Origin: Marsupella aquatica
Lineage: Eukaryota; Plantae; Marchantiophyta
Assembly (NCBI GenBank): GCA_973895155.1
Contig: OZ316897.1
Span: 23,287,455 to 23,351,454 of the forward strand
Length of the DNA: 64,000 bases
Reading direction: 5' to 3'
Part shown: piece by piece, positions 37,792-49,535 of the stretch
Position numbering within the stretch: the stretch's first letter is position 1
Layout: every line of letters begins with the position of its first letter
The notes under the pieces: generated by a model
The model's database searches: none
Seen by the model: only the letters and a program-made list of their open reading frames with translations
Told to the model about the DNA's origin: nothing
Translations under genes and position numbers: made by a program

Positions 37792-38043
37792 GTTATACCC
37801 CCTCCATATGAGGAGGAACAAAATACGAAGGTAGCAGACAACAATAGAAGATTCAGGGAGATATTTGGACCAAATTTCAATTTCATGTGAGTATAATCTT
37901 GCATGTTGTTTTGAATGTGCAAAAATGTGTTAATATTGCTCATCAGCAATATTAGTTGGTTTTTGGTACTTGTCATTCATGAATTGATATTCTCTGATGT
38001 AGACTGGGCGCAACACAGACCATAGGGCGCAAGAAGGAAACAA

Positions 38044-39346
38044 GATCATCTCTCCTATGTGAGGGTTGGTGCAGGTGTTCCGGAAGAAGCCATTCTTCAT
38101 TGATGGTCCGGGGAACGACCGGAACTCTTTGTCAGGCAAGGTCTTCCTGGTATCAACCTTGGTCTTATTGCCTATCGGCAAGCCAAACACTTCGGCAATC
38201 ACCTTGGGAGTAAGATAGAAATCCTTCCCATATATCCTCGTGCAATTGGTCTCGGGTTCCCATGACCCTACGAATTCTAATAGGTCTGAATCCGGTACCT
38301 CCGGCTTCAGCCATGGTAATCTTACAAAGGCCTCTAAGCCGGATCCGGCCATGAAGCCTTGGTACTTCTTGGTCTGCATGGCCGTAAAGCATGCATCCTC
38401 CTCCCGTGCAAAATGTAGTTGCACCTCCACCGGTAGGGTTGCCGCCCAGCCTTTCCAGGTGTCATCCCTGGTTGGAATGGCATTGATGGGATCGACCTCC
38501 TCCTCTTCGGCTTCTCCCTGCCTCCTGCTCTGCTGCTCGGCTGGCTTCCTTGGTGCCGCCGACCTCGTTCTTTTTGCCGGGGTGGCTTCATCGTTGACGG
38601 CATCCTTCCTCTTCATCTCTGCTGCCGTGGAGGTTTCTCCTAGTACCGTTGCCGGGGTCCACCTTTCCGTGCTACCCTTCAATTCCCAGTGTATGTCGTT
38701 GCAATTCTTGATGGCCTCTCGAATGCCGATGATTCTGTCTTCACAAAATAGAAGATCGTCGAGCTGATTGGAAGTAGGAGTCCACAAGAACTCGGCGTTG
38801 ATGAGTTCGCCTCCTAAGAAAGCCGTCTTCTGCAGCTCCCACAATCGAGCGAGCTCCTGCCGTTCTCGAGCTGCCCTTTCTGATTCTTCGTCCTCGTAAG
38901 TCTTGATGTACTCAGTTGCCCGTTTGAACAGGCATCCCCAGAAATGTGCCGCTTGATTGACGTTGCTCATACCCTCCTTAGGTCGATCATCGGTATCTAC
39001 TCTCTCCCGGAGTGCTTGCCTAAGCAGCTGACAGTAGTTGGCCTCCCGTAGTCGTCTGCCTAGTTCGTGCTCGCAAATGAGCCACCATCTCCTGCAAGCG
39101 CTCCTTACCCCTCTCCTCTTCCGGTCCTTTCTCCCGTTGATCCTTCCTAGCCGCCGACGCTTAACGCGCCCTAACCCTAATCGAGTTTTCACCCCTAGTG
39201 TCCTTACCTCCGGCCTCGGCCCGGGTTCCATAGTCGCCCCTAATTGTTTATATTTTCCTTGTTTTGTCCCTATACTAAGGTGTTTCTAGGGTGCACTCCT
39301 GCTTTACCCACTTAACTGGCCGAGTGATTCCTGGCTAGGCATCACA
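38044..39346 (-). mobile_element. Family A copy 3, truncated (5' 1.3 kb only)
   Basis: Begins tgtgatgcctagccagg on the minus strand at 39346. The ORF matches copy 1 until ...PHIGEMI, then breaks into unrelated sequence. Confidence 0.9.
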
Positions 39347-39349
39347 GTA

Positions 39350-39700
39350 ACGGGCACTACAAGCTCTGCCCTGGAGTAAGCGAATCGCTTCCTCACCTTT
39401 TTATGCAATGTACACATGCTAGGAAGTGTTGGTCAGTCTGTGCTGGTGGCTTCAGGGGCATGTTTGCTGACTACCCTGATGGATTAGTTAGGCTTTTAGA
39501 TTCTGCGACTGACAGAGAACCAGGGAAGGTAGTGAAAATGTTTATTCTCTTCCAGATGCTGTGGCAGTTGTGGACCGGCAAAAATGAACATATGTTTCAG
39601 ATAGATGGTACTCATAGATTTGACTTTAGATTTTTGCTTTTGGAGGCTGTGGATCATGTCTCTGCTGTGGGATTGGGCATGCCCCATAATTGATGATATG
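39350..39700 (+). mobile_element. L1-type LINE fragment (zf-RVT zinc-binding C-terminal region)
   Basis: Translation KLCPGVSESLPHLFMQCTHARKCW...LWQLWTGKNEHMF fits the C-x-ES-x-HLF-x-C-x-A-x-W and W-x-W-x-RN-x-F pattern of plant LINE ORF2 ends. Confidence 0.7.
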
Positions 39701-39949
39701 CTAGATTACGGAGAGCGCGTGAAATGATGAGCTTGGAAAGAATGGTGTGGTTTAGCCGTAGGGATGGATGGGTGACATCGGTCCCCCGACTTTGATATCT
39801 GGGGATTCTGTGTTCTTTTTAACACTTGTGGACCACTTTTTCCCCCTTGCTCTGCGGAGTTCTGGGTATGGGTTGTTGTTCCTTTGTTTCCTTGGCTGAC
39901 GCTGATGGCTTTCCCCTGCCACGGGGTTTTCGTGGTTTTCAAAATTATA

Positions 39950-41234
39950 AAAATTAAATATTCCAAGGAAGAACAAGAGGCTACACCACCTAGGCCATCA
40001 AAGAGGTTCAAGAAATCAACCTCTATCACTATCTCACCTAGTGAACAAGGACCAGTTCTCTCCCCAAATCCAACAGTAAAGGTGAAATTGTCTTTAGTTG
40101 GCTTATGTTGTTAAATTGATGATATGTCCAAATCAGTACTACAAGTATTTTGTTCTAACAATTTTGTGTGTGGCAGTTTTCAAAAGGAGATGGTGTAGAA
40201 GTACGAAGCGTTATGGATCGCTCTACAGTTGTTGCTAGAGGTGAAGTGACAGGGTTACAAGGAGAGGATAAATTTCATTGTGTCATGATTGAGAACCCTT
40301 GGGTGCGAGTATCAGTTAAGGCAGTGTATTGTGATGATGCAGCATTGCCAATGCCAAACAAAGAAGAGAAACAACTTTGCTTACGGGATGTGTTAGGAAT
40401 GAATACATTGTGGAATCAATGCTAGGTTTTTTTGGAAGTGATGAACATTTTCTCTGATCATGTAGAACATACAATTTTTGAATGTTTTGGTTACCATTGT
40501 TTCACTCGTGGGAGTGGAAAATGAGTACTTTCTATCACTTCATCATAAAGACTTATGTTTTTTCAATTGTTCTGTATTAGAGCTTGTGAATGGTGGAGTG
40601 TGAATTTCCAAATACAATGATGAATGATGGATAAAGTGATGTTTTTGTTTAGCGTTTTAAGTGGATTCATTGTATGTGATTTTGAATATAACTATGAGCT
40701 CCTCTTAGATACATCCCAAATGACATTACTTAAAGATATCCTGTATGACACCCTGTATGACACCATGTATGATACCTTATATGAAACCCTGTATGACACC
40801 CTATATGACACCCCATATGACACCCTGTATGACACCCTCAATGACACCATGTATGACACCCTCAATGACACCCTCAATGACACCTTAAATGGTTTATTAT
40901 TGTGTCATTTATGACATGTCTGATATGACATATCATGACAACCGTGCGTAATTACCATGTGTTGTGATATGATTTGTTTAAATGTGTCATTAAAGACATG
41001 ACCAAATGACTGACGGCCGTTCATTCAGTCATTTAAGACAACATGTCATTTCAAAAATATTGTGTCATTTAGGACTACCATAAATGACTAATGAGAGTTT
41101 TAGTCATTTGTCTTGATTGATTGTCCTAAAAGATGAGGCAGGTATGACAGGAAAGCTCTAGTCATATATTGGTACATATGACTCATTTTTCAGTCCTCAT
41201 TCTAGTCCTTTAAGACACATTTTTTCCACTAGTG
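39950..41234 (+). mobile_element. CACTA (En/Spm) 3' end with TnpA/TNP1-like exon and subterminal repeats
   Basis: ORF 40168..40425 (VVARGEV...FHCVMIENPWVRVSVKAV...LPMP...LW) resembles the TNP1/EnSpm domain. A 12-bp tandem (tatgacaccctg) lies at 40741-40885, atgac/gtcat motifs are dense, and the end ttttttccacTAGTG at 41234 is reverse CACTAGTGGAAAAAA. Confidence 0.75.
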
Positions 41235-41269
41235 GAGGTGAGGCAGTCGCCGCAGCGTCTGGAGAGGCT

Positions 41270-42340
41270 CTACGCAATAGATGGCAGGGTGGGCAGAGTT
41301 GATGCGAGGGGAGTACGGGAAGAAGGCTGCAGTGCTATCTAGGCTCCCGATGCAATGACGTTTGAAGAATGGTGTCGGGATCGGTTTACTTTGTATTGTC
41401 ATGGCACAACGGTCTGTTTCGTGCAGTCATGGCAAGAAGACCATGGAACTAGGATAAACCCTCAACCGTAAATGGTAAACCCTCAACCGTAAACATGAGG
41501 AGCCCTGGTTTGATGCCATCAAGGCTCGTGATGAGATGGCCGCACAATGCGGGGTTGTGATGAGTTGGCATTTGGAGGATGGCAGGATTGGAGTTGATCC
41601 CTTGGTGTATGCAAGGCCAAGGGACGGAGCCACAAGGAACAACGTCGGTAAACCCTAAACAATGGGGAGGGAGGGTGGGCATAGTTGATGCGAGGGGAGT
41701 ACGGGAAGAAGGCCGCAGTGTTATCTGGGCTCCCAACATAGTGATGTTTGAAGAATGGCGCGGGGATCGACTTACTTTGTAATGTTGGTTCCTTTGTATT
41801 TTCATGGCGGGACGGTCTTTTTTGGGCACTCGTGGCAAAAAGACCACGAAAAAGACTGCAAAGACCGGGCATTGCGATCGCTGGGCTCCACAAAAATGTA
41901 TATATGATGTTTGAAGGATGGTGCGGGGATCAATTTACTTTGTATTTTCATGGCACGACGGTCTTTTTTGGGCTGTCGTGGCAAGAAGACCATGAAACTA
42001 GGGTAAACCCTAAACTATAAACGATAAACCCTAAACCATAAACGCAAGGAGCCTTGGTTTGATGCCACGAAGGCTCGTGATGAGATGGCTGCACAATGGG
42101 GGGTCGTGATGAGGTGACATTTGGAGGATGGCAGGATTGGAGTTGATCCTTGGTGTATGCAAGGCCGGGGGACGGAGCCACGAGGAACAACGTCGGTAAA
42201 CCCTAAACAATGGGGAGGGAGGGTGGGCATAGTTGATGCGAGGGGAGTACGGGAAGAAGGCCGCAGTGCTATCCGGGCTCCCAACACAGTGACGTTTGAA
42301 GAATGGCGTGGGGATCGACTTACTTTGTAATGTTGGTTCC
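41270..42340. repeat. Degenerate long tandem repeat (about 540-bp duplicated unit) with taaaccctaaa motifs
   Basis: About 41430-41790 is repeated at about 41975-42340. The sub-unit gatgtttgaagaatggYgYggggatc recurs four times. Confidence 0.75.
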
Positions 42341-42662
42341 TAACAAGAAGCCTTAAGGGATGAGTCCAAAGCCTTATTTCTCTTTTCAAAATCTTCATGA
42401 TATTCAAAAATGTGTACCAAAAAACCACCAAAAAATGGTATGTATTTTCCAAACTAGACTCAAGAGAATTTTACCACCAAAATCTAAGCATATCTTATAT
42501 GATATTCTCACAATTGTATAAACCTTGAAATATGCACTTTATAAAAGTAGTCAAAATCAAACTCATCGATCAGAGTTTAAGTCAAACTCAAAGTTTTACA
42601 AAATATAACCCAACTTAACCCCAAGTGGTTTCAAATGCTACAAGTCCCCCTATTTACCTAGT

Positions 42663-45600
42663 CTAATCCAAAAGGACCGCTTCCCCTTCCTCGGTTCCGG
42701 AAGTCCCTGCCATCAATTCTGGAACAATTGTGGCATCGTCAACCACGCTATCCTCTTCGGCCTGAGGAATGTCTTCCTCACTATCCTCATCCGTCTCCCC
42801 CTGTCCGTCTTCCTCTTCAATGTTATCTGCAAGGTTAAGAATCCTCCCTTTCAACACACTGCTCTGTCGCTCGTCAATCTCAATGGCAATGCAATGTCTG
42901 CCCATGGCCAAGGAGGAGGTTGTCCCAGTCCCTGATCCTGAACAAATATCCAAAACCCAGTCTCCAACCTGACTAAAATGACTCACTTCCCAATCTAACA
43001 ATGCACGTGGTTTCTGATAGACATTCACTGCCTTGTTATCCCCGTTGTGTTTCAACTTCTTAGTCACAGCTGCGCATACAACCACATTGTTCCTGGATTT
43101 ATTTGTGTCAAAATTGAAGTGCTCCAATGACCGTTTACCATCTGGGCTGTGAAAGCCAATTGTAAAGCACTCAAAGTTGTTGTTCAATCTTGGCCCACCA
43201 GCATTCTTCACATTATCCTTAACCCTGAAAAGTCACAAAAAGTCAAGGAGTCATTTAAACTTAGAAACATGGATCATGAAATCACGAACAACTAATAATT
43301 GTTTTTTTCAAAGACAAATATTTCTTACCACACACAATTCTGGAACCCTCCATTACACTCCGCTTTCAAAACGGTCTTGATGGCCTCATATTGGTCAAGG
43401 CTGTGGTGAATGATAATACGCCACAACTTCGCAGTAGTAGCCACCTTGAAAGATTGGACCATTTTTGTGATCTCCTCAATTCCCCATCCAGTAGTGTCCT
43501 CATGAAGACATCCAGGCAATGCAAACCCGTAGGGGATATCCACTAAAGCTAATGTGTAAGCCCAACCCGGAACCACCTCGTGTAATCGCTGAGCATCATG
43601 AGAAAAATATCATAGTGCACATCACCAAACTCTGGATGCTCAAAAGAATTTGGATGAAGTTCCCCCTCTTGGGTTTGCCGACTAGAAGTCTTCATGGATA
43701 GCCAATTTTGCGCTTGCACAATATACGCATTGAATTTATCCGGGAATGACTTGAGATATTTGCCTTCCTCATCTCCCTTCTTTTTCTGGGAGGTGGTATC
43801 TTTCTACAAAAGGGAACCTTACAATTAGAAACAAGGATTCCAAATTCAATGAATTCAAACAATCATTCGAAGAAAGGTGACAAAATCTTACCCATGTCTG
43901 GAAAACAGGTATGAAATTCTTAAGCACATTGTCTGTGCAATGCTCAGGGTACTTGGTTTTACAACCTGACCAACTCTCAAACACGTGAGGAAGGCCTTCT
44001 GCACCTGCATATGAAATTTGTGTCGAGTAAATTCGTGACCCATTTCCTGTAAAGAGATTTCTTTAGTAAGAACTCTCTGTAACACTGGGCAAATCATATC
44101 AGGATCTTTCAAGGCCTGCATGTGTCTCCACTCTGTTAATTTCATGTCCTCATAAGGCAATTTGGCATCTCCAGACTTAGAAACTTTCTTCTTGCCCTTG
44201 TCTCCTTTTTGACCTTTGATCTCACACATCTCCCACTTGTCACAAATCTGCCTCACAAATGACCACACAAGATCTTGTCGGAATGCCAATTGAAATAGGT
44301 TATCGTTGGCATTAAGAACCTCAGCATCCTTTTGCACACCCCAATCCTTGAGATTGATTTCAGTAGCACACTCTTTCTTGAAATCCTGGTTGGACGACAA
44401 TCCATTCTCCACAAATCTCATGTGAATATAATTTACTCTCTGGATTGTCGTCATTTGTTGTCGAAATTCAGAATCAATATTGTGACTCCATGCCAAGTTT
44501 CTTGCCTCTTGCACACTCAATCCCGCAAATATCCAAGATTGCACTCTCCAAAATGCCTTGTTGTTAGGGAACTGAAGAGCAAGGTCTGCTTTGGCACAGG
44601 CTGAATGGTTGGCCCCAATCACATAATAATGGTAATCAGATTTCCTTGAAAAATCAAAGTGTCACATCGTCGGCTTCGGCCTTAACTCAGACTTCAGCTT
44701 AGACGGACACATCCCTCGTAAATCTGAGGGTTCGGGCAGGAAGGGAAGCACGTAATGCACCTTATTCTCGTAAACTAGCGCTAAGTGCGCATACTGCTAA
44801 ATACGGACACCTCCTAGGTATGGTTTGTGTTCCGCCGCCGGAACGTACCTTAGTCAATAGCAGGATCGACCCCGGCTTAAGGGCTTCTAAGCCTTCATGC
44901 TGTCCGCCTTCGATCCGGATTCGATGATACAGGTCCTCAACCCGTGCTTGCAACCACTTACCTGCAGGCTGCACCCTATGCACGTCTCGGGTAGTGCGTT
45001 CGGCCTAGCGCTGCCACCCATATACGAGAAACCCACACACATACACGCGCACATGCATACAATCTCCACATGATGGAACCCCGGGGGGAGATCTCCGCCG
45101 CCCAGGTTATCCAGGTCGAGAACTATCGACCTAGGAGGTGGGCGTCGTACTTCGCTAAGAAATTCCATGAAGAGATGGAGCGGCGAAGGAAGACGCTGTA
45201 CATTGGCGGGAAGGCGTATTTCGCTAGCCACATCGAGATCATTCTTGAGTGGTACGCCCGGTTTGATCGACGAACCCTTCCCCGTGTCAACATTACAAAG
45301 CTGGTCCCAGCTAGGTGGGTTTTCCCGGCCTTGGAGAGACGGCCCCAACCCGAGGCCCGAAGTCCAGCGGACACGCCAGCTTCACCCACCCCACCTCCAC
45401 AAGTAGCTGTAGTCGTAACCGAAGAGGTACCGGATGGGTCGGTTGTCGCAACCGTTGATGCGACCCAACAAGTCGGGCTAAGTACAGAAGTCGGTACGAC
45501 GGAGGTCTTACCCGAGCCAGGGTCTCCCAAAGACCCACCGGTGGCTATTTCGGAGAACCGGACATTGCTGTAGGAGGACACTCCAGCCCCTTCCAACGTT

Positions 45601-47346
45601 ACGTCCCCAGGGCTGGACGTCACTGCCCCGGCCCCCGTGCGTGTTGATGTCTGCCCATGCCCAACTCTGGACAGGCACAACCTGGACCACCCGGAACTCT
45701 TCGTACCGGGTACCTTTCTAAACGGGCTTCTGGGAGATTTCTCTCATCAAATTGCCCGGGATACCGGGGAGTTCATGGCCCGGAAGGTAGCCTGTTTCTT
45801 CAATCAGGAGTTGGTTGCCGCAGTAAAGGCAGGTCGGGCCCAGTCAGAGGCCCTTCAGAGGATAGAGCGGTACCGGGTGGAGTCCGTGTACCTAAAGAAC
45901 AAAGTTGCAGCTCAAGAGGCTAAGCTTCTGCAACTACGACCCAAGGTTGCAGTCGCCGATAAGTTGTTAGCAAAGGCGCACGCTCTTACCGCCCTAGCCG
46001 AACAGGCCAAAGCTGGGAACGAGGCCGAGATTACACGACTCCGGAACCAGATTGACAGTTTGAAGAATCAAACTGTCACCTGGCATAGCGACCCGCCGCC
46101 AGTCCGAACCTGAATTCCCCCTTATTGCCTAATGATGTCCTACCCATAATGATTACCTAAGTACTGTTGTTATGCTAATAATAGCAGCCTAAGACACTCC
46201 TAACGCGCGTGCTAAGCGCAGTTAGACCGAATCACTCATTAACCGCCGTACCGGTGGCGTCACACAAAGTCTTGCCTAGTAGCACACTCCTTCGGATCCA
46301 CCAAGAGGACAAACGGAGCTGCAAGTGGACTGGCACCTACAGTCTTCATCCGCAAGGTCAATTGGGTCAAGAAATATGGTTGGATGTGTCAAACCTGGTA
46401 AATGGGCAAGCCCCTAGCCTTCTCTCTCACTGGAGGGTAAAGTTGACCAATGTCAGCCGTCACGGTCTCCTCTTGAACACCACATCTTCCTAGAATCTCC
46501 TCCTGGTACAATACCCGTGCATCCATTGACATTGATTGAGCCTTTTGCTCCAAATGCATCGGAATTTTCTCCAAAGTCTTCTTTTTTGACTTTGGAGCAC
46601 TGGGCTCGACAGGCTCAGGAGTCATAGCAGGTCGCTTCTTTGAAGAAGTACGAGTTCCAGTCGTACCTTGTGCCGACCCACCAGTCAAAGCCGTTCCCTA
46701 GGATGATCTACCAACTTGAGATCCCCCTCCAGATGCTGCTGCTTCACAGGAGGTTGTAGGCGCTACCACGGTCAAAATGTCATCGGGTAAAATGCTAGGC
46801 CTAGATCTAGAAGGAACACCGGAAGCCCCAGATTTGGGTGGACAACTTACCCCCTTCTCTACCGATCTTTTTCGGAGAATCTCTCGCAATTTTTGGATTG
46901 CACTCTTTAAAGTGCTAGCGTGAAATTCGAACACAAAACCGGAAATCTTTCCCACGATGTCGTGGTAACGTTCCTTACTCGAAAGAGACTTGACAGTCTC
47001 AATGATGCTATCAATGTCCTCATCGAGATAGCAGGTGGCAGCCATTCTGGAAAACCTCTCCACATCCACGACAATCAAAGTCAACGTTTCCTTTGTTGTG
47101 ATCAACATGTTCACAACTTTGTCGCCCCGTCAAAATACATCAATACGGACGTAATTTACCCACTGTAATGCCCCCGATGGAAGCCCCTCAAATACACACA
47201 ACATTAGGAAGGGCTTCTTCCATGTTTCCGTCCCTAAGGAAATCGTCCAGGATGAGTTGTGGAAGTCCGTCAAAGGATGGCGCGAAAATATGTCATCCAC
47301 CAGCTCTTCCTACGACATTGTCATGTTTCCGCCTGATCTTTAAAAC
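42663..47346 (-). pseudogene. ParB-like domain plus beta-class N6/N4 DNA methyltransferase fusion gene 1 (spliced, disrupted by C insertion, stops and frameshifts)
   Basis: ParB-like region YQV*HIQPYFLTQLTLRMKTVG..PFVLLVD..YYVIGANHSACA is in frame after removing 44660-46264. MTase motifs LALVDIPYG, CVW|VKDN..NNFECFTIGF, NVYQKPRALL, GDWVLDICSGSGT..SLAMGRHCIAIEID. GT-AG introns at about 43891-43819 and 43328-43225. The 5' end is approximate. Confidence 0.8.
44660..46264 (-). mobile_element. Family C copy 2 (1605 bp, internally deleted, with an inverted internal segment), TSD CAAAG
   Basis: CAAAG at 44655-44659 and 46265-46269. Termini match C copy 1 in reverse orientation, while about 45064-46085 matches the C ORF in forward orientation. 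Confidence 0.9.
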
Positions 47347-47987
47347 CTGAAAACATACCACAAAATCAGTCCACTTCAAACCCAACCTGCGAGACAAAGT
47401 GCCACAGAACCAAAGAATGTGCCAACAAATGGCTACTAAAGCCGTGTCCTTACGGATCTAACAACGCTCTCGGCCACCCCAGGACTCCTATCATGAATTC
47501 ATGAAGGGAGTCTCCCTCTCGCACCGACCTTCATGAATTCATGAAGGGAGTCTCTTCTCTCTTTGCATGTACACCTCGGAGATTCAGAAGGGTATTGAAA
47601 ATGGGGTTTGGAGGGAGGGTGATGTGAAGAAATCACCCAGGGTCTAAATTACTACCTAAAATAAGGTTGAAATGAAGCGCAACCATGACAACTTGCGACA
47701 CGTTGCCGATGAGTGCTGAAAATGACACGAAATTGGACAGCGAGATTGTTTTTCACTCTTTTACAAAGGAAATCCAAATGACATCGAGTGAAAATGAATG
47801 GGCTGCCCCGTGTTACTTGGTTATACATACTAATCATGGATCAAGCGCGACTTAGTAAAATTAACACCAAATCATGATAAATCAATGTTTTCGGGCCAAT
47901 TATTCATGAATATTTTGGGGTAATAACGAGAAAAAGTTCGTAAATTTCATGAATATCTGATATTTTTGAAGTTAAGAAGTCACAACA

Positions 47988-48123
47988 TGTGACGCCGCCG
48001 GTACGGCGGGTAATGAGTAATTCGGTCTAACCGCGCTTAGCACGCGCGTTAGGGGTATCTTAGGCCGTTATTATTAGCATAATGACAGTACTTAGGTAGC
48101 CATTATGAGTAGGAAATCATTAG
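47988..48123 (+). mobile_element. Family C 5' terminal fragment
   Basis: tgtgacgccgccggtacggcgg...attagcataatgacagtacttagg matches the first ~135 bp of C. Confidence 0.85.
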
Positions 48124-48175
48124 TATCAGCCTATTCATTAAAAGTGTATTTTCTTTTGTTCACAAATCAGTCCTG

Positions 48176-48255
48176 AAATGTACACTTTTATGTCCCCAAA
48201 TGTACACTTTAAGAAGCCCAAATGTACACTTTTTGATACCTAAATGTACACTTTA
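48176..48255. repeat. Four spaced copies of aaatgtacacttt (candidate subterminal repeats of a DNA transposon)
   Basis: The 13-bp motif is repeated four times at about 22-bp spacing, downstream of the HAD gene. Confidence 0.6.
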
Positions 48256-48495
48256 TAGGCCAAATCTTATTAGTATTATATTAATTATAATAGTATTATA
48301 TTACTTATTAGTTCACAAAGAACCATGGGATAGAGATCATACTTGTAAAAACATTTACGCACAAAGAAGCCTAAGCAAGGACCATTGATTGATAATGTGT
48401 GAAATAATTATATATAATTGTGTCCAAACTTACAATGAATATCCAGGGCTGGCACCCATTTTTACTATCTAATGGGCTTAACATGAGTCAGATCT

Positions 48496-49535
48496 CTAAA
48501 CAAAGTGCTCCTTACAATATTTATTTGAGCACGTGCCCTTGTCTCCTTTACTATCTACCCTAATGTCACGGTTGCAACTCCCTTTATCTTCAGGGAGATG
48601 AAATTTGGTGGTGTTGTTCCTAACTGCTATAATCTCCCGCAAAAAGTGTCTGGGATTTTCTCTATACAGACCTGAATATTCCCGTCCTACAAATGATCTA
48701 GCAAGTGAGGTGACAAGTGCATCGTCAAGTTCCACCGCAGGACGTAAGCTACATATACGTTGCTTCACAGCCCAAGGAATCTCATTGCTATTGAGGTCCA
48801 GCACACTATGCCTATACTGTGACTTCCAAATTTTTGCTGCACATCTCTTACTAAGTTGATCATAAGTAATCTCATTTTTTGCCTTGTCTCTCTTAATGTG
48901 CAATAGAGACCACTTTGGAGAGTTTAGGAGAAGATAACAACGAATGTCACTTGCATGTGACAGTTTCTCAAGACATGGCCAAAGAATTGTTAGAAGAAAA
49001 TTGTCTCCACGATTGGCATGCGTGTAGGGCACTGGAAATAGTCCGGTCATGTCTGGGTTGGCAAATGCCTTCAAGGGGGAGTCATCCACAAGGAGTGTGT
49101 TGGTTTCATCATATAGATTTCCAAATGCACTCCATACCACCCGAAAATCCTTCAATAGCACATTTGCCTTTCCATTTGTAATGTCACACCTTTGAATGCC
49201 TGTGTCAAAGGCTTCCACCTATGTGAATACAAACTTCAGTTTCAACCGCTCCTCAACAGTGAACATCATGTTCAACATTTTCACTGTCCGCGGCATCCCA
49301 GCACATGTCCAAATTGCAACGTCAAACCGGTCAAAAACCAACTTTAGAAACTCATGGAACCCTGGCCTCTGTGTATACATGCGACTAGTTCCATTTGATC
49401 TATCCCAATGCACTCCATTTGGGGTCACAATGTTTCTGGATTTGCCCTTGCTTTGGAATTCAAGTGAATCCCAAAGTATTTTGTTAAGATCCAAAATCAA
49501 CAACTTCCGCTTGATGGGACAAGGTCTCGATTCTG
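48496..49535 (-). pseudogene. FCP1/NIF-like HAD-superfamily phosphatase with one in-frame stop
   Basis: KLLILDLNKIL, RPGFHEFLKLVFDRFDVAIWTCA, LLKDFRVVW, NTLLVDDSPLKAFANP. ORFs 49219..49665 and 48496..49218 are separated by a single TAG. Probable splice acceptor ttgcag near 49533. Confidence 0.8.

Noticed and set aside
39355-39363. CACTACAAG as a possible CACTA left terminus
   Set aside because: It lies within LINE zf-RVT coding sequence and does not match the right termini at 37642 or 41234 beyond CACTA.
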